In this document: positions 39,301 to 52,643 of the stretch, in pieces
Position numbering within the stretch: the stretch's first letter is position 1
How the letters are laid out: every line of letters begins with the position of its first letter
Assembly: GCF_009914755.1 (NCBI RefSeq)
Contig: NC_060933.1
Source of the DNA: the human T2T-CHM13v2.0 reference genome, Homo sapiens
DNA: 64,000 nt
Reading direction: 5' to 3' (one strand)
Notes under the pieces: model-generated
Seen by the model: only the letters and a program-made list of their open reading frames with translations
Told to the model about the DNA's origin: nothing
Databases searched by the model: none
Translations under genes and position numbers: made by a program

Positions 39301-42300
39301 GAAAGTGGATATTTGGATAGCTTTGAGGATTTCGTTGGAAACGGGATTACATATAAAATCTAGAGAGAAGCATTCTCAGGAACTTCTTTGTGATGTTTGC
39401 ATTCACGTCACAGAACTGAACATTCCCTTTCATAGAGCATGTTTGAAACACTCTTTCTGTAGTATCTGCAAACGGACATTTCAAACGCTTTCAGGCCTAT
39501 GGTGAGAAAGGAAATATCTTCAAGTAAAAACTAGACAGAAGCATTCTCAGAAACTTATTTGCGATGTGTGTCCTCAACTAACAGAGTTGAACCTTTCTTT
39601 TGATACAACATTTTGGAAACACTCTTTTTGTAGAATCTGCAAGTGGATATTTGAATAGCTTTGAAGGTTTCGTTGGAAACGGGAATATCTTCATATAAAA
39701 TCAAGACGGAAGCATTCTCAGAAACTTCTCTGTGATGTTTGCATTCAACTCATAGAGTTGAACACTTCCCTTCATACAGCAGGTTTGAAACACTCTTTTT
39801 GTAATATTTGGAAGTGGACATTTGCAGCGCTTTGAGGCCTATGATGAAAAAGGAAATATCTTCCCATAAAAACTAGACAGAAGCATTCTCAGAAACTTGT
39901 TTGTGATGTGTGTATTCAACTAACAGAGATGAACCTTTCTTTTTACAGAGCAGTTTTGAAACACTCTTTTTGTGGAATCTGAAAGTGGATATTTGGATAG
40001 CTTTGCGGATTTCGTTGGAAACGGGATTACATATAAAATCTAGGGAGAAGCATTCTCAGGAACTTCTTTGTGATGTTTGCATTCAAGTCACAGAACTGAA
40101 CATTCCCTTTCATAGAGCAGGTTTGAAACACTCTTTCTGTAGTATCTGCAAGCGGACGTTTTAAGCGCTTTCAGGCCTGTGGTGAGAAAGGAAATATCTT
40201 CAAATAAAAACTAGACAGAAGCATTCTCAGAAACGTATTTGCGATGTGTGTCCTCAACTAACAGAGTTGAACCTTTCTTTTGATACAACATTTTGGAAAC
40301 ACTCTTTTTGTAGAATCTGCAAGTGGATATTTGGATAGCTTTGAAGGTTTCGTTGGAAACGGGAATATCTTCATATGAAATCAAGACAGAAGCATTCTCA
40401 GAAACTTCTCTGTGATGTTTGCATTCAACTCATAGAGTTGAACACTTCCCTTCATACAGCAGGTTTGAAACACTCTTTTTCTAATATTTGGAAGTGGACA
40501 TTTGCAGCGCTTTGAGGCCTATGTTGAAAAAGGATATATCTTCTCCTAAAAACCAGACAGAAGCATTCTCAGAAACTTCCTTGTGATGTGTGTACTCAAG
40601 TAACAGAGTTGAACCTTCCTTTTGACAGAGCAGTTTTGAAGCACTCTTTTTGTAGAATCTGCAAGTGGATATTTTGATACCTTTGAGGATTTCGTTGGAC
40701 ACGGGATATCTTCATATAAAATCTAGACAGAAGCATTCTCAGAAACTTCTTTGTGCTGTATGTCCTCAATTAACAGAGTTGAACCTTTGTGTGGATACAG
40801 CATTTTGGAAACATTCCTTTAGTAGAATCTGCAAGTTGATATTTAGATAGCTAGGAAGATTTCCTTGGAAACGGGAATATCTTCATATAAAATCTAGACG
40901 GAAGCATTCTCAGAAAGTGCTTTGTGATGTTTGCATTCAAGTCACAGAGTTGAATATTCCCTTTTATAGAGCAGGTTTGAAACACTCTTTCTGCACTACC
41001 TGGAAGTGGACATTTGGAGCGCTTTGAGGCCTATGTTGAAAAACGAAATATCTTCCCATAAAAACTAGACAGAAGCATTCTCAGAAACTTGTTTGTGATG
41101 TGTGTATTCAACTAACAGAGATGAACCTTTCTTTTTACAGAGCAGTTTTGAAACACTCTTTTTGTGGAATCTGAAAGTGGATATTTGGATAGCTTTGAGG
41201 ATTTCGTTGGAAACGGGATTACATATAAAACCTAGAGAGAAGCATTCTCAGGAACTTCTTTGTGATGTTTGCCTTCAAGTCACAGGACTGAACATTCCCT
41301 TTCATAGAGCAGGTTTGAAACACTCTTTCTGTAGTATCTGCAAGCTGACGTTTCAAGCGCTTTCAGGCCTATGGTGAGAAAGGAAATATCTTCAAGTAAA
41401 AACTAGACAGAAGCATTCTCAGAAACTTATTTGCCATGTGTGTTCTCAACTAACAGAGTTGAACCTTTGTTTTGATACGGCATTTTGGAAACACTCTTTT
41501 TGTAGAATCTGCAGGTGGATATTCGGATAGCTTTGAAGGTTTCGTTGGAAACGGGAATATCTTCATATAAAATCTAGACGGAAGCATTCTCAGAAACTGC
41601 TTTGTGATGTTTTCATTCAAGTCACAGAGTAGAATGTTCCCTGTTATATACCAGGTTTGAGACACTCTTTCTGCACTACCCGGAAGTGGACGTTTGGAGC
41701 GCTTTGAGGCCTATGTTGAAAAAGGAAATATCTTCCCATAAAAACTAGACAGAAGCATTCTCAGAAACTTGTTTGTGATGTGTGTATTCAACTAACAGAG
41801 ATGAACCTTTCTTTTTACAGAGCAGTTTTGAAACACTCTTTTTGTGGAATCTGAAAGTGGATATTTGGATAGCTTTGAGGATTTCGTTGGAAACGGGATT
41901 ACATATAAAATCTAGAGAGAAGCATTCTCAGGAACTTCTTTGTGATGTTTGCATTCACGTCACAGAACTGAACATTCCCTTTCATAGAGCATGTTTGAAA
42001 CACTCTTTCTGTAGTATCTGCAAACGGACATTTCAAACGCTTTCAGGCCTATGGTGAGAAAGGAAATATCTTCAAGTAAAAACTAGACAGAAGCATTCTC
42101 AGAAACTTATTTGCGATGTGTGTCCTCAACTAACAGAGTTGAACCTTTCTTTTGATACAACATTTTGGAAACACTCTTTTTGTAGAATCAGCAAGTGGAT
42201 ATTTGAATAGCTTTGAAGGTTTCGTTGGAAACGGGAATATCTTCATATAAAATCAAGACAGAAGCATTCTCAGAAACTTCTCTGTGATGTTTGCATTCAA

Positions 42301-45300
42301 CTCATAGAGTTGAACACTTCCCTTCATACAGCAGGTTTGAAACACTCTTTTTGTAATATTTGGAAGTGGACATTTGCAGCGCTTTGAGGCCTATGATGAA
42401 AAAGGTAATATCTTCCCATAAAAACTAGACAGAAGCATTCTCAGAAACTTGTTTGTGATGTGTGTATTCAACTAACAGAGATGAACCTTTCTTTTTACAG
42501 AGCAGTTTTGAAACACTCTTTTTGTGGAATCTGAAAGTGGATATTTGGATAGCTTTGCGGATTTCGTTGGAAACGGGATTACATATAAAATCTAGGGAGA
42601 AGCATTCTCAGGAACTTCTTTGTGATGTTTGCATTCAAGTCACAGAACTGAACATTCCCTTTCATAGAGCAGGTTTGAAACACTCTTTCTGTAGTATCTG
42701 CAAGCGGACGTTTTAAGCGCTTTCAGGCCTGTGGTGAGAAAGGAAATATCTTCAAATAAAAACTAGACAGAAGCATTCTCAGAAACGTATTTGCGATGTG
42801 TGTCCTCAACTAACAGAGTTGAACCTTTCTTTTGATACAACATTTTGGAAACACTCTTTTTGTAGAATCTGCAAGTGGATATTTGGATAGCTTTGAAGGT
42901 TTCGTTGGAAACGGGAATATCTTCATATGAAATCAAGACAGAAGCATTCTCAGAAACTTCTCTGTGATGTTTGCATTCAACTCATAGAGTTGAACACTTC
43001 CCTTCATACAGCAGGTTTGAAACACTCTTTTTCTAATATTTGGAAGTGGACATTTGCAGCGCTTTGAGGCCTATGTTGAAAAAGGAAATATCTTCTCCTA
43101 AAAACCAGACAGAAGCATTCTCAGAAACTTCCTTGTGATGTGTGTACTCAAGTAACAGAGTTGAACCTTCCTTTTGACAGAGCAGTTTTGAAGCACTCTT
43201 TTTGTAGAATCTGCAAGTGGATATTTTGATACCTTTGAGGATTTCGTTGGACACGGGATATCTTCATATAAAATCTAGACAGAAGCATTCTCAGAAACTT
43301 CTTTGTGCTGTATGTCCTCAATTAACAGAGTTGAACCTTTGTGTGGATACAGCATTTTGGAAACATTCCTTTAGTAGAATCTGGAAGTTGATATTTAGAT
43401 AGCTAGGAAGATTTCCTTGGAAACGGGAATATCTTCATATAAAATCTAGACGGAAGCATTCTCAGAAAGTGCTTTGTGATGTTTGCATTCAAGTCACAGA
43501 GTTGAATATTCCCTTTTATAGAGCAGGTTTGAAACACTCTTTCTGCACTACCTGGAAGTGGACATTTGGAGCGCTTTGAGGCCTATGTTGAAAAAGGAAA
43601 TATCTTCCCATAAAAACTAGACAGAAGCATTCTCAGAAACTTGTTTGTGATGTGTGTATTCAACTAACAGAGATGAACCTTTCTTTTTACAGAGCAGTTT
43701 TGAAACACTCTTTTTGTGGAATCTGAAAGTGGATATTTGGATAGCTTTGAGGATTTCGTTGGAAACGGGATTACATATAAAACCTAGAGAGAAGCATTCT
43801 CAGGAACTTCTTTTTGATGTTTGCCTTCAAGTCACAGGACTGAACATTCCCTTTCATAGGGCAGGTTTGAAACACTCTTTCTGTAGTATCTGCAAGCTGA
43901 CGTTTCAAGCGCTTTCAGGCCTATGGTGAGAAAGGAAATATCTTCAAGTAAAAACTAGACAGAAGCATTCTCAGAAACTTATTTGCCATGTGTGTTCTCA
44001 ACTAACAGAGTTGAACCTTTGTTTTGATACGGCATTTTGGAAACACTCTTTTTGTAGAATCTGCAGGTGGATATTCGGATAGCTTTGAAGGTTTCGTTGG
44101 AAACGGGAATATCTTCATATAAAATCTAGACGGAAGCATTCTCAGAAACTGCTTTGTGATGTTTTCATTCAAGTCACAGAGTAGAATGTTCCCTGTTATA
44201 TTCCAGGTTTGAGACACTCTTTCTGCACTACCTGGAAGTGGACGTTTGGAGCGCTTTGAGGCCAATGTTGAAAAAGGAAATATCTTCCCATAAAAGCTAG
44301 ACAGAAGCATTCTCAGAAACTTGTTTGTGATGTGTGTATTCAACTAACAGAGATGAACCTTTCTTTTTACAGAGCAGTTTTGAAACACTCTTTTTGTGGA
44401 ATCTGAAAGTGGATATTTGGATAGCTTTGAGGATTTCGTTGGAAACGGGATTACATATAAAATCTAGAGAGAAGCATTCTCAGGAACTTCTTTGTGATGT
44501 TTGCATTCACGTCACAGAACTGAACATTCCCTTTCATAGAGCATGTTTGAAACACTCTTTCTGTAGTATCTGCAAACGGACATTTCAAACGCTTTCAGGC
44601 CTATGGTGAGAAAGGAAATATCTTCAAGTAAAAACTAGACAGAAGCATTCTCAGAAACTTATTTGCGATGTGTGTCCTCAACTAACAGAGTTGAACCTTT
44701 CTTTTGATACAACATTTTGGAAACACTCTTTTTGTAGAATCAGCAAGTGGATATTTGAATAGCTTTGAAGGTTTCGTTGGAAACGGGAATATCTTCATAT
44801 AAAATCAAGACAGAAGCATTCTCAGAAACTTCTCTGTGATGTTTGCATTCAACTCATAGAGTTGAACACTTCCCTTCATACAGCAGGTTTGAAACACTCT
44901 TTTTGTAATATTTGGAAGTGGACATTTGCAGCGCTTTGAGGCCTATGATGAAAAAGGAAATATCTTCCCATAAAAACTAGACAGAAGCATTCTCAGAAAC
45001 TTGTTTGTGATGTGTGTATTCAACTAACAGAGATGAACCTTTCTTTTTACAGAGCAGTTTTGAAACACTCTTTTTGTGGAATCTGAAAGTGGATATTTGG
45101 ATAGCTTTGCGGATTTCGTTGGAAACGGGATTACATATAAAATCTAGGGAGAAGCATTCTCAGGAACTTCTTTGTGATGTTTGCATTCAAGTCACAGAAC
45201 TGAACATTCCCTTTCATAGAGCAGGTTTGAAACACTCTTTCTGTAGTATCTGCAAGCGGACGTTTTAAGCGCTTTCAGGCCTGTGGTGAGAAAGGAAATA

Positions 45301-48219
45301 TCTTCAAATAAAAACTAGACAGAAGCATTCTCAGAAACGTATTTGCGATGTGTGTCCTCAACTAACAGAGTTGAACCTTTCTTTTGATACAACATTTTGG
45401 AAACACTCTTTTTGTAGAATCTGCAAGTGGATATTTGGATAGCTTTGAAGGTTTCGTTGGAAACGGGAATATCTTCATATGAAATCAAGACAGAAGCATT
45501 CTCAGAAACTTCTCTGTGATGTTTGCATTCAACTCATAGAGTTGAACACTTCCCTTCATACAGCAGGTTTGAAACACTCTTTTTCTAATATTTGGAAGTG
45601 GACATTTGCAGCGCTTTGAGGCCTATGTTGAAAAAGGAAATATCTTCTCCTAAAAACCAGACAGAAGCATTCTCAGAAACTTCCTTGTGATGTGTGTACT
45701 CAAGTAACAGAGTTGAACCTTCCTTTTGACAGAGCAGTTTTGAAGCACTCTTTTTGTAGAATCTGCAAGTGGATATTTTGATACCTTTGAGGATTTCGTT
45801 GGACACGGGATATCTTCATATAAAATCTAGACAGAAGCATTCTCAGAAACTTCTTTGTGCTGTATGTCCTCAATTAACAGAGTTGAACCTTTGTGTGGAT
45901 ACAGCATTTTGGAAACATTCCTTTAGTAGAATCTGCAAGTTGATATTTAGATAGCTAGGAAGATTTCCTTGGAAACGGGAATATCTTCATATAAAATCTA
46001 GACGGAAGCATTCTCAGAAAGTGCTTTGTGATGTTTGCATTCAAGTCACAGAGTTGAATATTCCCTTTTATAGAGCAGGTTTGAAACACTCTTTCTGCAC
46101 TACCTGGAAGTGGACATTTGGAGCGCTTTGAGGCCTATGTTGAAAAACGAAATATCTTCCCATAAAAACTAGACAGAAGCATTCTCAGAAACTTGTTTGT
46201 GATGTGTGTATTCAACTAACAGAGATGAACCTTTCTTTTTACAGAGCAGTTTTGAAACACTCTTTTTGTGGAATCTGAAAGTGGATATTTGGATAGCTTT
46301 GAGGATTTCGTTGGAAACGGGATTACATATAAAACCTAGAGAGAAGCATTCTCAGGAACTTCTTTGTGATGTTTGCCTTCAAGTCACAGGACTGAACATT
46401 CCCTTTCATAGAGCAGGTTTGAAACACTCTTTCTGTAGTATCTGCAAGCTGACGTTTCAAGCGCTTTCAGGCCTATGGTGAGAAAGGAAATATCTTCAAG
46501 TAAAAACTAGACAGAAGCATTCTCAGAAACTTATTTGCCATGTGTGTTCTCAACTAACAGAGTTGAACCTTTGTTTTGATACGGCATTTTGGAAACACTC
46601 TTTTTGTAGAATCTGCAGGTGGATATTCGGATAGCTTTGAAGGTTTCGTTGGAAACGGGAATATCTTCATATAAAATCTAGACGGAAGCATTCTCAGAAA
46701 CTGCTTTGTGATGTTTTCATTCAAGTCACAGAGTAGAATGTTCCCTGTTATATACCAGGTTTGAGACACTCTTTCTGCACTACCCGGAAGTGGACGTTTG
46801 GAGCGCTTTGAGGCCAATGTTGAAAAAGGAAATATCTTCCCATAAAAACTAGACAGAAGCATTCTCAGAAACTTGTTTGTGATGTGTGTATTCAACTAAC
46901 AGAGATGAACCTTTCTTTTTACAGAGCAGTTTTGAAACACTCTTTTTGTGGAATCTGAAAGTGGATATTTGGATAGCTTTGAGGATTTCGTTGGAAACGG
47001 GATTACATATAAAATCTAGAGAGAAGCATTCTCAGGAACTTCTTTGTGATGTTTGCATTCACGTCACAGAACTGAACATTCCCTTTCATAGAGCATGTTT
47101 GAAACACTCTTTCTGTAGTATCTGCAAACGGACATTTCAAACGCTTTCAGGCCTATGGTGAGAAAGGAAATATCTTCAAGTAAAAACTAGACAGAAGCAT
47201 TCTCAGAAACTTATTTGCGATGTGTGTCCTCAACTAACAGAGTTGAACCTTTCTTTTGATACAACATTTTGGAAACACTCTTTTTGTAGAATCTGCAAGT
47301 GGATATTTGAATAGCTTTGAAGGTTTCGTTGGAAACGGGAATATCTTCATATAAAATCAAGACGGAAGCATTCTCAGAAACTTCTCTGTGATGTTTGCAT
47401 TCAACTCATAGAGTTGAACACTTCCCTTCATACAGCAGGTTTGAAACACTCTTTTTGTAATATTTGGAAGTGGACATTTGCAGCGCTTTGAGGCCTATGA
47501 TGAAAAAGGAAATATCTTCCCATAAAAACTAGACAGAAGCATTCTCAGAAACTTGTTTGTGATGTGTGTATTCAACTAACAGAGATGAACCTTTCTTTTT
47601 ACAGAGCAGTTTTGAAACACTCTTTTTGTGGAATCTGAAAGTGGATATTTGGATAGCTTTGCGGATTTCGTTGGAAACGGGATTACATATAAAATCTAGG
47701 GAGAAGCATTCTCAGGAACTTCTTTGTGATGTTTGCATTCAAGTCACAGAACTGAACATTCCCTTTCATAGAGCAGGTTTGAAACACTCTTTCTGTAGTA
47801 TCTGCAAGCGGACGTTTTAAGCGCTTTCAGGCCTGTGGTGAGAAAGGAAATATCTTCAAATAAAAACTAGACAGAAGCATTCTCAGAAACGTATTTGCGA
47901 TGTGTGTCCTCAACTAACAGAGTTGAACCTTTCTTTTGATACAACATTTTGGAAACACTCTTTTTGTAGAATCTGCAAGTGGATATTTGGATAGCTTTGA
48001 AGGTTTCGTTGGAAACGGGAATATCTTCATATGAAATCAAGACAGAAGCATTCTCAGAAACTTCTCTGTGATGTTTGCATTCAACTCATAGAGTTGAACA
48101 CTTCCCTTCATACAGCAGGTTTGAAACACTCTTTTTCTAATATTTGGAAGTGGACATTTGCAGCGCTTTGAGGCCTATGTTGAAAAAGGAAATATCTTCT
48201 CCTAAAAACCAGACAGAAG

Positions 48220-50091
48220 CATTCTCAGAAACTTCCTTGTGATGTGTGTACTCAAGTAACAGAGTTGAACCTTCCTTTTGACAGAGCAGTTTTGAAGCAC
48301 TCTTTTTGTAGAATCTGCAAGTGGATATTTTGATACCTTTGAGGATTTCGTTGGACACGGGATATCTTCATATAAAATCTAGACAGAAGCATTCTCAGAA
48401 ACTTCTTTGTGCTGTATGTCCTCAATTAACAGAGTTGAACCTTTGTGTGGATACAGCATTTTGGAAACATTCCTTTAGTAGAATCTGCAAGTTGATATTT
48501 AGATAGCTAGGAAGATTTCCTTGGAAACGGGAATATCTTCATATAAAATCTAGACGGAAGCATTCTCAGAAAGTGCTTTGTGATGTTTGCATTCAAGTCA
48601 CAGAGTTGAATATTCCCTTTTATAGAGCAGGTTTGAAACACTCTTTCTGCACTACCTGGAAGTGGACATTTGGAGCGCTTTGAGGCCTATGTTGAAAAAC
48701 GAAATATCTTCCCATAAAAACTAGACAGAAGCATTCTCAGAAACTTGTTTGTGATGTGTGTATTCAACTAACAGAGATGAACCTTTCTTTTTACAGAGCA
48801 GTTTTGAAACACTCTTTTTGTGGAATCTGAAAGTGGATATTTGGATAGCTTTGAGGATTTCGTTGGAAACGGGATTACATATAAAATCTAGAGAGAAGCA
48901 TTCTCAGGAACTTCTTTGTGATGTTTGCATTCACGTCACAGAACTGAACATTCCCTTTCATAGAGCATGTTTGAAACACTCTTTCTGTAGTATCTGCAAA
49001 CGGACATTTCAAGCGCTTTCAGGCCTATGGTGAGAAAGGAAATATCTTCAAGTAAAAACTAGACAGAAGCATTCTCAGAAACTTATTTGCGATGTGTGTT
49101 CTCAACTAACAGAGTTGAACCTTTCTTTTGATACAACATTTTGGAAACACTCTTTTTGTAGAATCTGCAAGTGGATATTTGAATAGCTTTGAAGGTTTCG
49201 TTGGAAACGGGAATATCTTCATATAAAATCAAGACGGAAGCATTCTCAGAAACTTCTCTGTGATGTTTGCATTCAACTCATAGAGTTGAACACTTCCCTT
49301 CATACAGCAGGTTTGAAACACTCTTTTTGTAATATTTGGAAGTGGACATTTGCAGCGCTTTGAGGCCTATGATGAAAAAGGTAATATCTTCCCATAAAAA
49401 CTAGACAGAAGCATTCTCAGAAACTTGTTTGTGATGTGTGTATTCAACTAACAGAGATGAACCTTTCTTTTTACAGAGCAGTTTTGAAACACTCTTTTTG
49501 TGGAATCTGAAAGTGGATATTTGGATAGCTTTGCGGATTTCGTTGGAAACGGGATTACATATAAAATCTAGGGAGAAGCATTCTCAGGAACTTCTTTGTG
49601 ATGTTTGCATTCAAGTCACAGAACTGAACATTCCCTTTCATAGAGCAGGTTTGAAACACTCTTTCTGTAGTATCTGCAAGCGGACGTTTTAAGCGCTTTC
49701 AGGCCTGTGGTGAGAAAGGAAATATCTTCAAATAAAAACTAGACAGAAGCATTCTCAGAAACTTATTTGCGATGTGTGTCCTCAACTAACAGAGTTGAAC
49801 CTTTCTTTTGATACAACATTTTGGAAACACTCTTTTTGTAGAATCTGCAAGTGGATATTTGGATAGCTTTGAAGGTTTCGTTGGAAACGGGAATATCTTC
49901 ATATGAAATCAAGACAGAAGCATTCTCAGAAACTTCTCTGTGATGTTTGCATTCAACTCATAGAGTTGAACACTTCCCTTCATACAGCAGGTTTGAAACA
50001 CTCTTTTTCTAATATTTGGAAGTGGACATTTGCAGCGCTTTGAGGCCTATGTTGAAAAAGGATATATCTTCTCCTAAAAACCAGACAGAAG
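48220..50091 (+). repeat. 11-mer HOR variant (1872 bp), second copy
   Basis: Spacing is 1872 (ORF track 48321 to 50193). It carries the same diagnostic variants as 23384-25255. Confidence 0.95.
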
Positions 50092-52643
50092 CATTCTCAG
50101 AAACTTCCTTGTGATGTGTGTACTCAAGTAACAGAGTTGAACCTTCCTTTTGACAGAGCAGTTTTGAAGCACTCTTTTTGTAGAATCTGCAAGTGGATAT
50201 TCTGATACCTTTGAGGATTTCGTTGGACACGGGATATCTTCATATAAAATCTAGACAGAAGCATTCTCAGAAACTTCTTTGTGCTGTATGTCCTCAATTA
50301 ACAGAGTTGAACCTTTGTGTGGATACAGCATTTTGGAAACATTCCTTTAGTAGAATCTGCAAGTTGATATTTAGATAGCTAGGAAGATTTCCTTGGAAAC
50401 GGGAATATCTTCATATAAAATCTAGACGGAAGCATTCTCAGAAAGTGCTTTGTGATGTTTGCATTCAAGTCACAGAGTTGAATATTCCCTTTTATAGAGC
50501 AGGTTTGAAACACTCTTTCTGCACTACCTGGAAGTGGACATTTGGAGCGCTTTGAGGCCTATGTTGAAAAACGAAATATCTTCCCATAAAAACTAGACAG
50601 AAGCATTCTCAGAAACTTGTTTGTGATGTGTGTATTCAACTAACAGAGATGAACCTTTCTTTTTACAGAGCAGTTTTGAAACACTCTTTTTGTGGAATCT
50701 GAAAGTGGATATTTGGATAGCTTTGAGGATTTCGTTGGAAACGGGATTACATATAAAACCTAGAGAGAAGCATTCTCAGGAACTTCTTTGTGATGTTTGC
50801 CTTCAAGTCACAGGACTGAACATTCCCTTTCATAGAGCAGGTTTGAAACACTCCTTCTGTAGTATCTGCAAGCTGACGTTTCAAGCGCTTTCAGGCCTAT
50901 GGTGAGAAAGGAAATATCTTCAAGTAAAAACTAGACAGAAGCATTCTCAGAAACTTATTTGCCATGTGTGTTCTCAACTAACAGAGTTGAACCTTTGTTT
51001 TGATACGGCATTTTGGAAACACTCTTTTTGTAGAATCTGCAGGTGGATATTCGGATAGCTTTGAAGGTTTCGTTGGAAACGGGAATATCTTCATATAAAA
51101 TCTAGACGGAAGCATTCTCAGAAACTGCTTTGTGATGTTTTCATTCAAGTCACAGAGTAGAATGTTCCCTGTTATATACCAGGTTTGAGACACTCTTTCT
51201 GCACTACCCGGAAGTGGACGTTTGGAGCGCTTTGAGGCCTATGTTGAAAAAGGAAATATCTTCCCATAAAAACTAGACAGAAGCATTCTCAGAAACTTGT
51301 TTGTGATGTGTGTATTCAACTAACAGAGATGAACCTTTCTTTTTACAGAGCAGTTTTGAAACACTCTTTTTGTGGAATCTGAAAGTGGATATTTGGATAG
51401 CTTTGAGGATTTCGTTGGAAACGGGATTACATATAAAATCTAGAGAGAAGCATTCTCAGGAACTTCTTTGTGATGTTTGCATTCACGTCACAGAACTGAA
51501 CATTCCCTTTCATAGAGCATGTTTGAAACACTCTTTCTGTAGTATCTGCAAACGGACATTTCAAACGCTTTCAGGCCTATGGTGAGAAAGAAAATATCTT
51601 CAAGTAAAAACTAGACAGAAGCATTCTCAGAAACTTATTTGCGATGTGTGTCCTCAACTAACAGAGTTGAACCTTTCTTTTGATACAACATTTTGGAAAC
51701 ACTCTTTTTGTAGAATCTGCAAGTGGATATTTGAATAGCTTTGAAGGTTTCGTTGGAAACGGGAATATCTTCATATAAAATCAAGACAGAAGCATTCTCA
51801 GAAACTTCTCTGTGATGTTTGCATTCAACTCATAGAGTTGAACACTTCCCTTCATACAGCAGGTTTGAAACACTCTTTTTGTAATATTTGGAAGTGGACT
51901 TTTGCAGCGCTTTGAGGCCTATGATGAAAAAGGTAATATCTTCCCATAAAAACTAGACAGAAGCATTCTCAGAAACTTGTTTGTGATGTGTGTATTCAAC
52001 TAACAGAGATGAACCTTTCTTTTTACAGAGCAGTTTTGAAACACTCTTTTTGTGGAATCTGAAAGTGGATATTTGGATAGCTTTGCGGATTTCGTTGGAA
52101 ACGGGATTACATATAAAATCTAGGGAGAAGCATTCTCAGGAACTTCTTTGTGATGTTTGCATTCAAGTCACAGAACTGAACATTCCCTTTCATAGAGCAG
52201 GTTTGAAACACTCTTTCTGTAGTATCTGCAAGCGGACGTTTTAAGCGCTTTCAGGCCTGTGGTGAGAAAGGAAATATCTTCAAATAAAAACTAGACAGAA
52301 GCATTCTCAGAAACTTATTTGCGATGTGTGTCCTCAACTAACAGAGTTGAACCTTTCTTTTGATACAACATTTTGGAAACACTCTTTTTGTAGAATCTGC
52401 AAGTGGATATTTGGATAGCTTTGAAGGTTTCGTTGGAAACGGGAATATCTTCATATGAAATCAAGACAGAAGCATTCTCAGAAACTTCTCTGTGATGTTT
52501 GCATTCAACTCATAGAGTTGAACACTTCCCTTCATACAGCAGGTTTGAAACACTCTTTTTCTAATATTTGGAAGTGGACATTTGCAGCGCTTTGAGGCCT
52601 ATGTTGAAAAAGGAAATATCTTCTCCTAAAAACCAGACAGAAG

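Larger units (their letters stand above)
27437..52272 (+). repeat. 24,836-bp macro-repeat, copy 2
   Basis: Same order of structural and single-base variants as copy 1. I noticed only four differences. The periodicity fails at 52555 (C versus G at 27719). Confidence 0.93.
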
